Below, one piece after another: positions 26,133-38,432 of a stretch of 64,000 bases of DNA (positions within the stretch are counted from its first letter, which is position 1; each line of letters starts with the position of its first letter). Both the position numbers and the translations under genes were made by a program. This DNA comes from Okamejei kenojei (lineage: Eukaryota). The stretch spans positions 32,736,001 to 32,800,000 of the forward strand of contig CM069151.1 in NCBI GenBank assembly GCA_035221665.1, given 5' to 3'. The notes under the pieces are model-generated. The model saw only the letters and a list, made by a program, of their open reading frames with translations. It was not told where the DNA came from and made no database searches.

Positions 26133-26320
26133 AGACAAAATGCTGGAGTAACGCAGGACAGGCAGCATCTCTGGAGAGAAGGAATGGGTAAAATTTTGGA
26201 TCAAGACCACTTCTTCAGACCCATCTTGACCCTCTCCAGAGATGCTGCCTGTCCCGCTGAGTTACTCCAGCATTTTGTACCTATCTTCGATTTAAACAAG
26301 CATCTGCAGTGTTTTCCTAT
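26133..26320. mobile_element. Fold-back Penelope-derived element
   Basis: Inverted arms caaaatgctggagtaac... / ...gttactccagcattttg. Confidence 0.8.
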
Positions 26321-27127
26321 TCAATTTCCTAGCAGCACAATAGGAAATTAAAATGAAATTTGCAGAAGGTATTTGACATGGAGATAGCCTGAACAATGCC
26401 CTTAAAAGCACCAGTCATAAAAGTCAGTATAAACAGATGTTTAGGCCAAAGAGGGTCAGTTGTGTTTCCTGGGTTCAAGTATTCTTTGATAATCAGCACT
26501 GTTTATATCACTTAGATTAATTTTGGGCAGAAAGGGCTTGTCTTACAAGATACAAAATCTGGCCCAAAAACAGAAAATTGCACTGAAAGCCAAAACAAAC
26601 TATTCTACTAAATTGGCCTAATTTTACAGTAATGGGATACTATATTTGACATTAAACTTTCATACATGATGCCTCCGATTCACATCTGTACTGTCATCAA
26701 ATAGGGTCATGGCAGATTCCGTATCTTCACATACCCCTTTACAAGATCTTCAGTTTCATCGAGAACATAATCAAAGACACTATGCAAGTACAAGCCAGAC
26801 CCTACCACTTTGCCCATTGTACAGTCACTTTATCCCAACTATCAGATCATCCAAATTGTTCCAACTTTCAGTACAAGAATATCCTTTCTCTATTAAGAAA
26901 CAAGACTGAAATTCCTATTTATCTGCCATGAAAATTGACTTTTGTACCCCTACACACCTTTCTGCTTGTTTGCAGTATCAGCGATCACGTTATCAACCCG
27001 AAAAAAAGATCCCTATTCCCAGTCTACTCATTTTTCTATTCTTCCTCATCCTACACCTTCCATTTTGGCCACTTGCTTATTAACTAGAAAAATAAGGGCA
27101 GCTGGTTGATTGTCAGTTAATTATCCA

Positions 27128-27443
27128 AAATTGGAGAATTTAATGCTTCTACCGCAAGGTTGTAAACTACCCAATGGAATAAGAGGTGTTCCTCCTGTTT
27201 GCATATGGCCTCACTGTGGCAATGGAGGCAGTCCTGCACAAAAAGGGCAGTTTAGGAACACAGGATTTAAAAATGGTTAGCAACCGGGAGATGCAGCAAG
27301 CCTCAGCAGACCGAGCACAAGTTTTGGTGAAACCATTACAGTGTACTCTAAAGGTCACATTAGGAGCACCAAATGCAGTAGTTGAGGTTAGGAGGTGCAC
27401 GTGAACCCGCCTCATCTGGAAGGACTGCTGGGGTTGCTGGATG
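27128..27443 (-). mobile_element. Penelope-like GIY-YIG endonuclease remnant
   Basis: Resembles the minus strand of 61130-61420 and the EQHLIF... terminus at 38017. Confidence 0.65.
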
Positions 27444-28123
27444 AAAAATATTTTATGGTTTGAATTCTGTCGAAATTATGATTTTGCAAGAAATTAAAAT
27501 AATTCAAAAAACAGTAAGTAAATGAGTGTTATAGGCTCAGCCTGGACAGATCAAAGCATCAAGAATATTTCACTTTCATTCTTAAAAACTGCACAAAATG
27601 TCAAAGTGATATTCAAGTAATATTCAACTGATAATTTGGAGTATAAATGGCACCTAGATGTGAAATTAATGCCTATTCATGCTCATACTTGCACCAACCT
27701 TTTAATTACCCAACTCTTATCTAATGAGATTAGAAAATACTGACATGTTGCATCCATTGGTTTCTTTTACTCAAAGTAACGTGTAGGCCACTAGGGCTCC
27801 CAAGCCTGCTCTCGAGATCAGCATGATCATGTTGAATCTTTGCCGACCATCCTCTTCAGTGCCATTTCCATTACCCATAATTTCTTAATCTTCCAAATAT
27901 TTATCTCCACATTAAACATATTTAATGATGCCTCTCAATATCTTCTGGGCCAGATAATGCAAAAAATTAACTACTTTAAGAAAATGTCTAGATTGGATAC
28001 ATAGCCTCTTAGTTGTACAACCTTATACCTAAAATTAGTTTGCCAAATCTAATTTGGACTCCTTCAAAAACAAGCAGTTTTAAAAAAAGAATATGACAAA
28101 GCTGTGCACAGTATTCCGGGTTC

Positions 28124-28249
28124 AAGAAGGAACTGCAGATGCTGGAAAATCTAAGGTAGACAATAAATGCTGGAAAAACTCAGCGGGTGTGGGAGCATCT
28201 AGGGAGCGAAGGAAATAGGCAACTTTTCGGGCCAAAACCCTTCTTCAGT
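28124..28249 (-). mobile_element. Penelope-derived arm inserted in a CR1 fragment
   Basis: aagaaggaactgcagatgctgg...ttttcgggccaaaacccttcttcag. Confidence 0.7.
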
Positions 28250-28499
28250 ATTTGAGGTGTGGCCTGGAACCACCCTCCACAACTGTGATAAAACCTCCCA
28301 AATTCTTAAGCTTCACAATAAAAGCAAATACACCATTTGTATTCTTAACTCTGATGGACCTGCCTGCTAGCTTTTCTTTTGCTACTCATGCATTAGAACA
28401 CATATTTCTCCAAACTCCAGAAAAGAGACCAAGTAGGATGAATAGGTCAAAAGTAGCAGGCACATCTTTCCAGAAGGGCAAACCAGATGGATGACACCA

Positions 28500-29135
28500 T
28501 TGTCAAGGGATTGGTCATACCAAAATCTGGTGTCCAATTTTGGGAGAAAAAGCAACTGCCCAGTGACCCTAGGGTTCATCAATATTTGTGACATTAGTGA
28601 ATGTGTGCTTAGAAACACTATACAATCAGGAAAAAAACTATACAGACTGCAAACTACTCCAAATCCACATGAACAGGAATTCCATTTGACAACTGTGCCA
28701 AAGTAAAGTACAACCTTCAGAGGGATGTGCAAATGGCATGGACAGAATAGAAATCCAAACTAATGCAGTGCTGCAAAAGAGTCACAAGTTTCAGAATCCA
28801 AGTACAAGAAATTGACACTTGATTGAATAACCACAGGTCACTTGTGATTGTGAGTACTAAAGACAAATCGTCATCTAATCTTTTATGTATCCCCTAAAAT
28901 AATGCTGCTACCACCAAGAGGAAAAAACAGCTTAACCATTCAAAGATTCAACTGGCATTTCAGACAACACAACCAACCACAGCATTGTTTCCACAGTATC
29001 ATGTGGCTCTTCAAGCCCACCATAATACCTGACATTTGGCCCTTGGCTTCTCCGATAGAAAATACTGGTTTTCCAGAATTATCAGGAACAAAGTATTCCT
29101 CCACAGAAAACATGACAGACAACAATTTCACTTGG
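28500..29135 (-). mobile_element. Possible ancient hAT (Charlie/SPIN-like) transposase relic
   Basis: Minus-strand VEEYFVPDNSGKPV...LKSH resembles the EEYFF..GKPVCLIC..NLKRH N-terminus; heavily decayed. Confidence 0.3.
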
Positions 29136-30599
29136 TTACCTTACAACTCAATAGCAGGACCATTAAATTCTCCAGTTTCAAGTCATACCCCCTCCCCTCT
29201 CTTTCCTGTGTCCCCCTCCACAGTGCACAGACAACCATCGCACAACACAACTTTAATGTTATTTAAGGCATAATGGTTGTTTTATCTACTAGCAATCCAT
29301 TGTTGAAGCAATGTACAGATAAAGCCAAGGTGTGTAGACACAGACAAGGTTAATTGCCAAGGTGTGTAGACACAGCATTTGCCACATATAGAACAGCTGT
29401 TCAGAAATACCCTCCACTCTCACACTGTAGGCCTGCCCAAAATTGGTGGACACTGCAATAGGTTTCCATTTGCCAAGTACCTGGAATATCAGGACTATTG
29501 AAGTTAGAATCTTCATCAGTCTTCCATTTTTTTTCCACAATAGACTTGAATAATTACAAATAGTACATTCAACCAATTGTGCAATATCAACATTAAATCT
29601 TACTAAACATTGCATGCTCGTTGTGCAGTTTAACATATACCTTCAAACTGCACACAATCTAATTTAACCACATTTACAACTTGTCTAGTTTTCTTCAGGT
29701 CAACTGAACTTAAAATTTTCAAATACAAATCAAATTTCAAATACAGATATTTATCTCCTTCCATCACAATTCACTTCCCATCCCACAGATGAAAAAAAGG
29801 CTCTCATTTTAGTTCAGGTGGAGGCGATCCAATCAATTAAAACAATAACAAAGTGTTCAGAAAATGTTGGAAACACTAGTCTAGCAGCACCTGTAGAAAG
29901 AGAAAAAAGTTAACATTTCCAGGTCAGAGACCTTTTAAAGCGAATGCAAACTATTTATAGATCAATGGAATAAATATGGTACCTCCATTAGAGCTACTAA
30001 ATATGGTACTATATTTAGTTCCATATTTCAGTTCAGAAATTGAATGCAGAACCCAGCCTTATAAGCGGAGTATAAGTTCGGTTTAATAACGATGCGGACA
30101 ATGACGAAAACTGGCTACAATTGAACATCACGACTAATTAGAAAACGCAAAAAAAGCGACGACCCATGTACATAAACTGGACTTCAAAATGGAGACGAAG
30201 GATTGTAGGTACCGAGAACCATGAGCAAAAATAAAAGTAACTCAGAGTAACTCAGCGTGTCAGGCAGCATCTGTGGAGGGAATGATTAGACATTTCCGAT
30301 TGAGACTCTTCTTCCGACACACTTTTAACAAGTTTCTACTTTAGAACTTCAAACTATTTTTGGAGATCAAAAATCCATAGCGAAATTTAAAAACGTTGTC
30401 ACACAAAGATACGAAACCCCGTGAACCTGTACATATTAATTGGGTGGGGTGCTTCAAAAAACGTTTTCGCCTTAATTAAACTAGGTGTCATGGAAACTAC
30501 TGCTCAGACGTCAGCCAGTCCCACAACCTTATTATGCAGCAGAGGAATTTATCCGATCACGTGGACTATCAAACGCGTAGGGTTAACCTGCGACAAACA

Positions 30600-31000
30600 A
30601 CATAACTGTCGCCATCTTGTTTTGACGCAGATTCAAGCACGATCACAAACTATTATTATTAACTTTTCGCAGGGCGACACTGATGGCCTAAAAGTAGACC
30701 TGTGCAGTAGAATAAGTCCTTTCCGAGTGCTCCAGGTCGAATGCGGTCGGCGGGATTCCCCCACAGGAGAGCGCCCATCCTGCCCCATAATGGCGTCCAT
30801 ATTGATGAACGCCGTCCTGACCAGAGATCTTGCGCTAGGCTCCACCTGCATGCAGTGGGAATAACGTCATTGACAGCCAATCGGAGGCCGGCATGCAGCT
30901 CCATGGCCAATGGCGAGTCTAGAAGGAGTTCACTCACAGAAAGACATGGAACACGCAACATTTATCTTTTTGACTGGAAAATGCGCCATTTTATAGAATT
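30600..31000 (+). promoter_or_regulatory. KMT2E: KMT2E promoter
   Basis: CpG-retaining region; CCAAT boxes (about 30877 and 30907), CRE-like TAACGTCA (30862), YY1-type motifs CGCCATCTT (30610), ATAATGGCG (about 30788), GCGCCATTTT (30983). Confidence 0.7.
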
Positions 31001-31579
31001 ATTATACATAGATATAACAGCAAAAAACGTTACCCAAACGTTAAAAAAAAATTGCACGCGCTTGACTCAACGCTAATACACAGTTTCACCTCTAACCACA
31101 AAGCAGTAGCACTGTACGTTAACCATGGTGATTTGTTTTCTTCAACGCGCTGCCACTACAGCCAAAAACGAAATGCCAATGCTACCAGGGGCTCCTTCAC
31201 TGCTTCTTTATACGCATGCGTGCTGGGCTCTCCGCCCTTCACCAACACCCGGCAAACCCCGTAGAACGACGTTCCGTAGCCGCCATTTTCCAAAGAAGGG
31301 GAGTAAATCGTACACAGAGATAGCAACAGATCCCACAGAGACTGTCTACAAAAACTAAAAACCTTTTTACTGCGGAATAGGATACCCTCTGATAGTTCCG
31401 CATTTATTCCTGTTTCTGAAGAAAGGTAGTTGAGTTTGAAATTACAGCCAACGCTGTGGTGTGATTAGAAATATAGGACTATTTGTATATTTACGTTGTG
31501 GTGGAGATTATATTGCATTGTTTTGGTTTGGCAAAACGAGTTTAACGGAGACTTTCTATCGGCTTGGTGGACCTTTCAG
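30930..31579 (+). other. KMT2E: Probable KMT2E non-coding exon 1 (start approximate)
   Basis: Downstream of the CCAAT boxes; contains GCCGCCATTTT; ends at consensus donor CAG|GTAAGA (31579/31580). Confidence 0.55.
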
Positions 31580-34500
31580 GTAAGACAATGTTACATGGCA
31601 TCTGTCCAAGATGTTTTATGAGGAAATGTCTAATTTAAACAATATATACGTTGAGTCTGTGGCGACCGAGGTGGTAGGTTTGGTTACTGACTGACAACGC
31701 GAAATATGGCGGGTTAGGGAAACCGTTTTTTTAAATTCAGGGAATCACAGTCCACAACAACACTTCACAACACGATATGTGTAAACGTAGGTGTATAGAA
31801 TATGTTCGTGTAATACATATATATCATGGCAATCTATATGAATTTTAAGTGTCATGTTTTGAGTCCCACCGTTCTTTAACTTTGGTTTTGCTGGGACTTT
31901 CATAAATAAACATTTCCGTTTTACTCCATTTTAGTTCTCAATATGAAAAGATACGTCTATGCCATATGTTCTCTGTTTAGTACATACTGTCATCTCTCTA
32001 ATTGTGACAGGAATTTAGCAAAGGCTAGAGATTTAGAAATATAGTACGTCGTTCACGCTAAAGTATTGCTTATTTTTTTGTCCTTTTTTCGGAGTGCTTC
32101 TTCAATAAATACAGTACCGTTATTTAGTCAATATTAAAAATTCTACTAAAATACGAATCACGTAAAATAACTACATTTAATATACAATCCAGGTAACGGA
32201 TAACGTACTTCGAATTCGAGAGGGAAGATGGACCACTGCAAACGTGGAACCACAACATATTGGGGGAGGGTGTATTTGTTTATCTTAGGAATTCGAGTGC
32301 ATTAGGATCGAGACGAAACTTTCTTTTGCACGATTCACTTTAGTTCTCATTGACAGTTTTTGTAAACACTTAAACATTCTAAATAGGTTTAGGTGCGGAA
32401 TCACAAAAATGGTTCCACCTTTTGGAAGGTTGGCAAAGGGAAGTTAATTTTTTTATCGTTTTTCTTAATATTTGTGATCAAAAGTGTTTAACAAAATCAA
32501 GATACATTACTTTCCAACTTTCTTCGTGATTTATTGAAAATTATATTCTTGACAGATCAACCTATGAGTACTTAAATCGATATGTTTTTCCTTTGGTACA
32601 GTCATATTTATCCTTAAACCCATCGCTGCTTAGTAAATAAGTAAAATGTGTTAAATGTTCCCAAAATGTCTTGGGGAAATTTGGTATTATGAACATAAAT
32701 ACTTAAAGTGTGCAAAGCAACTCTTTTGTCCTTAACGCTGTTAGGAAAAATGGCGGACAGTTGGTATTATAGTAAATCTAATCGACTTGAGTTCTCCACA
32801 CCCCATGCCGTGTTCGTTTTGTCTACCTTAAGTCATTGTATTAATAGAAGCACATTATAAACATATCTAATTGGTTTACTATAAATTAGCCTCAACTTGT
32901 ATTCCATTCTGAGGGTTTTAGAATTTTTTTTTTAAATTGTGAAGGTTTCAAAAAAGATGTTTCAGAATGTCATTCGGAAACTAGTCCAACATCTTTTGAT
33001 ATGATTATGTTAAAATGTTGTGTATTTTATTAACGATGTTTGTTTCATTCTTTAATGGTGAAAGTAAAAAGATAAGGGGGCTTAATGCTTAAAGGTACCT
33101 TAAGTTGCAGGTGAAGGTGCACTTGCAAAGTAATGTTCTGCGATTTAGTCATTGTAATAAATTGAAGTGGTCTATGTATTTATCTTTAGTCTGTGTGCCT
33201 AAACGAGCTTAAACAGAGCAAAAATATTTACCAGCAATCGCACAATCATGGAAATTATCTTTTGCCCCAAAAGTAAGGAAGTACGAGGTTGCATTTTTGA
33301 CAGCTTGGGTTTGACAATGTATCACATCTTGTTTTAATATAGTACAATGTCCTTTTTAATTGGATGTGCACGGAAGTACATATACAATGCGTTGAAATTT
33401 TAATGGGAATGAAGACAGAAAAGGAACACGGCAATCAAAAGTTCTTGGACACTATTTTGGATATGCATTTTTGAAGTAACATAAACTAATACCAATGGTT
33501 ATTTAGCTGCAGCTGTCCCCAAGTACAACAAAAACTGGTACAAATATGAAATTTTGTGCAGCACATTGTTATTTTTATCTTTAAAAATGGGACTGTGGTA
33601 GAAACAAACCATATATCAGCAGGAAGTCTTAAATCCCTTAACAAAAATCACACACAATAATGTCTCTGGTGAACAGGAAATATTTAAAAAAACTGGCAGT
33701 TTAAAGTCAAACAAATGACTGAATTTGTATTATATTTACAATTGAAATTTGAATTTTTGTCTCTCACACGTGGTCATATTTGAATTTTTACTTAATTAGA
33801 CCCAAATGCAAGGCACATGTATGCCATTAGCTTCTATCTGTTTACATTACCAGTTTACATTTTGATTTCTTGTATGATCTGACTTAAGGAGAGAGAGAGA
33901 GAATATCACATCTACTTCCTGCATGATGTCCAAACACCCATTTCTCATATTGGAAAACTGGTATTAATCATGTTTTAGATAGTATTTTGTCATCCCTGGT
34001 GTGCTTGGTTTGGTACCATGCCAGTGGTGCAGTTAGCCACCCAGCAAACTTGGAATCCCATTTACAGTTTGATGGACTACTGGACCTTGCAGCATTGCTG
34101 TAAGTTAATGTTTGCATATCCTTCAGCTCCAATTAACATTTTTAAATTTGCTGAATTATAAGACCAAAAACTTATTTCTGTAACCAATTAAGAATAGCAA
34201 ACAAAATGGAATAATCAAAGTACAGAACATAAGTATTTCTCATCCACATTAATCTGTTTTGGCCACATTTAGTCTGTATCCTTGTACACCATGCCTATTT
34301 AAGTGCCCTTAATAAACGTTTCTTAAACATTGTGATTTGGTCGAATTCCTTAATCTCTTCTGTCAATGAGTTCCAGATATCAGCCATTCAGTATATATTT
34401 TTATAAATCCCCTCAGATCTTACAAGTTAACAGAAAATTTTAGGATTAAAGAAGCAGTCAGCAGATTTGGTTGAGGCATAGTCAAGGGATGTGAAGATAT

Positions 34501-35269
34501 ATAACAATTTTATACATATAAGAGCCTGACAAACCGCACAAATAACTATAAGCACCTTTAATTGAAGAGCAGCATAGAAAACATAATATAGATAACAACT
34601 CGGTGTTTAACTGCTTGAACGAGAATCACACAACTTTATCCCACTTTCTGCGAAACATCCTAAATCTTGCAGGCCACGGTTCTTCAAGTGTAGAATAAAT
34701 GGGTGATGAAGATTTCTAGCTCTACCACTATGCTACCTTTTTGGTTGGGGGGAAAAGGTTTTATCTCTCTTCAAATACATCTATGTCCTTTTAATCTACG
34801 CCCTTTGGTTTTGACCCTCCTTGTGGGATTATGCTTCACATAATTCTACACACGTCAATGAAGTTTTCTTTACTCTTTCTTCCACCTCGCCTTTCATCTT
34901 TGCAAAGATGACAAACCTAGATTATCAACTTTTCTTGGCTACAGCTTTCCAGCATAGGCACCATTCTTCATAAATTGTGTCTACATCATTTCCTTTGCAA
35001 TCCCATTGTATCTGGACTAATAACTATTCAATTTTACATGTACAGATGTAGGTAAAATGTATAATTCAGTGGACAATAACTAACATAAATATTTATTAAA
35101 CTGATAGACTATATATTGTTTATTATTGCATCTTTATACACTTGGATCAATTACCAGAATTAAAAGTTCACTGCATAAGCTCTTATTTTCTTTTACATGG
35201 ATATTTATAAGCATCTGCTTTCAAAATATTACAGAATAGGTTTCACAAGACAAAGCTTGTCACTTGACA

Positions 35270-35480
35270 GAGGCACAGATAGTAGAGCTGCTGGCTCACT
35301 GCGCCAGAGGCCCGAGTTCGATCCTGACCTCAAGTGCTGTCTGTGTGGAGTCTGTACTGGCCTGTGTAAATTGCCCCCAGTGGATGAGAAAGTGGGAGAA
35401 CATAGAACTGCTGTGAATGGGTAGTCGATGGACACGGTGGGTCAAAGGACCTGTTTCTATGTTGTATCTCTAAATTAAAA
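35270..35480 (+). mobile_element. HE1-like tRNA-derived V-SINE (internally deleted)
   Basis: B-box GAGTTCGATCC; HER1-like tail ggacctgtttctatgttgtatctctaaa. Confidence 0.8.
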
Positions 35481-37104
35481 ACAAAACTTGTGCTGACCTA
35501 TCTCAGTATATAATTACAAAATATGACATTTTCAATTGTTAATGTACTCATGTCATCAGAAGCTCTTCATCAGTTCAAGTATTAGCTTTGTGGATGAAGA
35601 ATATATCTGGATATATTCCTGGATATTATATTCTATAAATAAACTAACCATGTCTTTCTGAATCACTGTATGGTAATGCAGTGAGAAGTTCAGTTGAAAT
35701 AAAAAAACACAAAAAAAATTAAATGATTATATTTTCCCACTAAATTTATTGAGTGTAAAATTACATGCAAGTGCAAAATTAGCAATGACAATAGCATAAG
35801 CTGCATTTGTTGTGGCATATTCAATAACCTTTTAGAGAGCTCATTTGGCAAGTTATTTATATGAAGAAGTATAAAATAGTTAAGTTACTGAGGTAGTTTT
35901 AGTATTTACCATAATTTACCAATACAATTAAAATAATGCAAATGTTGATCATCTAATATAAATATAGTGCTAGAAATACAAATATTGCCCTGTTAAGGGG
36001 AGAAAAGCATTGCAGAACATTGCACTTTTCAAACTACATTGCTGGCTCAAAGATGCATGTCCAAGGTGTCATAACTTGTGTTTTCTCTTTCCATTATCTA
36101 ACAGGGCAGCATTGTTCTACCAGTTCCAATTTTAAGACCAAGGATGAATCTAGGAAATGGAAATCCAGCATTTATTCCCCAAATGTTTGATTCTTAGTAA
36201 TTGTCTGTCCTTGTTACAATTTCCTCAGGTTATATTGTAATATATCTGGGGATGAGGCATGACATTAGTTGTCCAGCCAATGCCCTCCCTTAATCTGATA
36301 CAGCTGAACAGATAATGTGAAAGGGCTATTAACCTCCCAGGGAGTGAAGTATATCAGGATGATTAACTGCTTACAGATTTCTACTGTTTGAATTTTCATT
36401 CTGGCTGCTATGAATTCTTCTGGTGCTTCATTGTTTCTGTACTTTCAAATCGCAAAAGTGTACAGGGTATGATGGCAATTGCTGAAAGACTGCTTGCTGA
36501 CTTCAAGTTGCTTTGCAAAATCATTTGATTCCAGGCATTTAATGTATTAGGAGGCACTTGCCATAGGTGAACTTGCCATATAAGGGGTTTAGGGAGCAAT
36601 TATTCTATCTCAATAATAGAGAACAACATACAAGACAAAAGTGCATTGGCAAGGATATCTTCACATACCTTACACCTGCTAGAACCATCAGAGTAACATT
36701 AGTGCAGGGTTAGCATTCACATGGTGTAATGGTTGTGAAATGAATGAGTGAATATCTAGGGTGTTGATGGGTTGCCAATCTTTGCCTTGCTTGTCATTGA
36801 GCTTCTTGATTGTCCATGGAGCTGTACTCATCCAGCCAAGTGAAGAATATTCTATCGCACTCCTGTTTGATTCCTTGCAATTTAAGGTTTTGGTGTGTCA
36901 AGTGAATAACTTGCCCCTGGACATCCAACCTTTGATCTCCTTATGGCACAGTATTCCTGTTATATTTTTGCACAATGGTTGTGAACAGTAAATCTATGAT
37001 GGTAGTGCCAAGGGTGGGTGGTTAGACGCTCTCTTGTTGGAGTTGGTCATCGCCTGTGAAGAGAGACTTGGAGACAGTATTTCACCTTCTAACAGACAAT
37101 TAAA

Positions 37105-37327
37105 ATGAAAGTCAAAGTCAATTTTATTCGTCACATGCACCCGAAGGTGCAGTGAAATGAATTTGCCAGCAGTGATACACTTAAAAAGAACACACAATAA
37201 GAATTAACACAAACATCCACCACAGCATTCTTCACTGTGGTGGAAGGCAACAAAGTTCAGCCAGTCCTCCTCCTTTGTTCACCCGTGGTCGGGGCCATAA
37301 ATCCTTCGTAGTCGCCGCTACGGACAG

Positions 37328-37408
<81 letters not shown>

Positions 37409-37980
37409 CCCTCTCGTCGGGATGTTCAAAACTCCGACGTCGGGACAGTCAAACACACTTCGTGGCTTGGAGGTCCCAAATCGGCACATTCCTACCGGAG
37501 ACTGCGGCTTCAGGATGTTATAGGCCGCAGGCCGGCGGTCGGAGCTCTTCTCTGGCGATCCCCGGCAAGGGATCCCAGACTCCGGATGGTAATTCCATGC
37601 CCCGCCCGCGGCTAGAAGCTCCGCAGACCCCATGATGCCAGAGTCACCAGGCCAGCAACCGGAGCACTCTTCTCAGGCGACCCCTGGCAAGGGTTCGCCC
37701 GCTCCGCGATGGAAAGGTCCATGCTGCGCCTGCTGCTGATGCTCGGGGCCCATCTCCGGGAAAGGCTGTTCCAATGTAAGCTGTTAGGCCACGAGGGGGG
37801 GCGATGTGGAAAAAGTTGCCTCTTCGTCGCGGAGGTGACCAAAGGCGGTTCCCCCCACCACCCCCCACACACGACACACCAAGAGACACCTAAACTTACA
37901 TTAAACACACCAAAAAACCCCCCTAAAAGTCGAAATAACGAATTTGCTGCTGGCATGGCAGCTGGGTCGCAGCGCCCCCA
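37105..37980 (-). mobile_element. ORF-less bipartite retroposon (GC-rich 5' region plus LINE-like 3'UTR)
   Basis: Minus strand ends AATAAA-attgactttgactttc; shares a 3' hairpin and 5' motifs with 49427-50200. Confidence 0.65.
37332..37406. repeat. (AT)n microsatellite, about 37 units
   Basis: Perfect alternating AT. Confidence 0.98.
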
Positions 37981-38016
37981 CCGAATCCTAAATATTTGGG
38001 ACGAATGTTGGGGGTG

Positions 38017-38432
38017 AGAATGAACAGCACCTCATATTTTGCTTGGACAACTTGCAATGCAGCGGTATGAAAATTGATTTTTCTAACAATAAGTAACCCT
38101 TGCTTTCCCCCTCTTTCCGTCCCTCCCCATCCTAGTTTTCCGACTTGTTCTACTGTCCTGATTAAATATTAATGATTGTATGCCGCATTGTCATCTTCCC
38201 AATAGCTAACAATGAACTATTCTACATTTCCTTATCACCTGCCTTAGCCTGTTGTTTTCACACATTGCCCATCCATATTTCTAGACTCCCTCTCCCCTCT
38301 CAGTCTGAAGAAGGGTGCTGACCTGAAATGTCATCCATTCCTTCTCTCCAGTGATGCTGCCTGTCCCACTGAGTTACTCCAGCATTTTGTGTCTATCTTT
38401 GGTTGACTGCATCTGCAGTTCCTTCCTACACA
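38017..38432 (+). mobile_element. Penelope-like 3' end plus pLTR with hammerhead core
   Basis: EQHLIFCL.NLQ.SGMKIDFSN C-terminus; CTGAAGA-stem-GAAATGTC at 38305-38332. Confidence 0.8.

Noticed and set aside
37232-37633. ORFs containing (IY)n
   Set aside because: Translation of the (AT)n microsatellite
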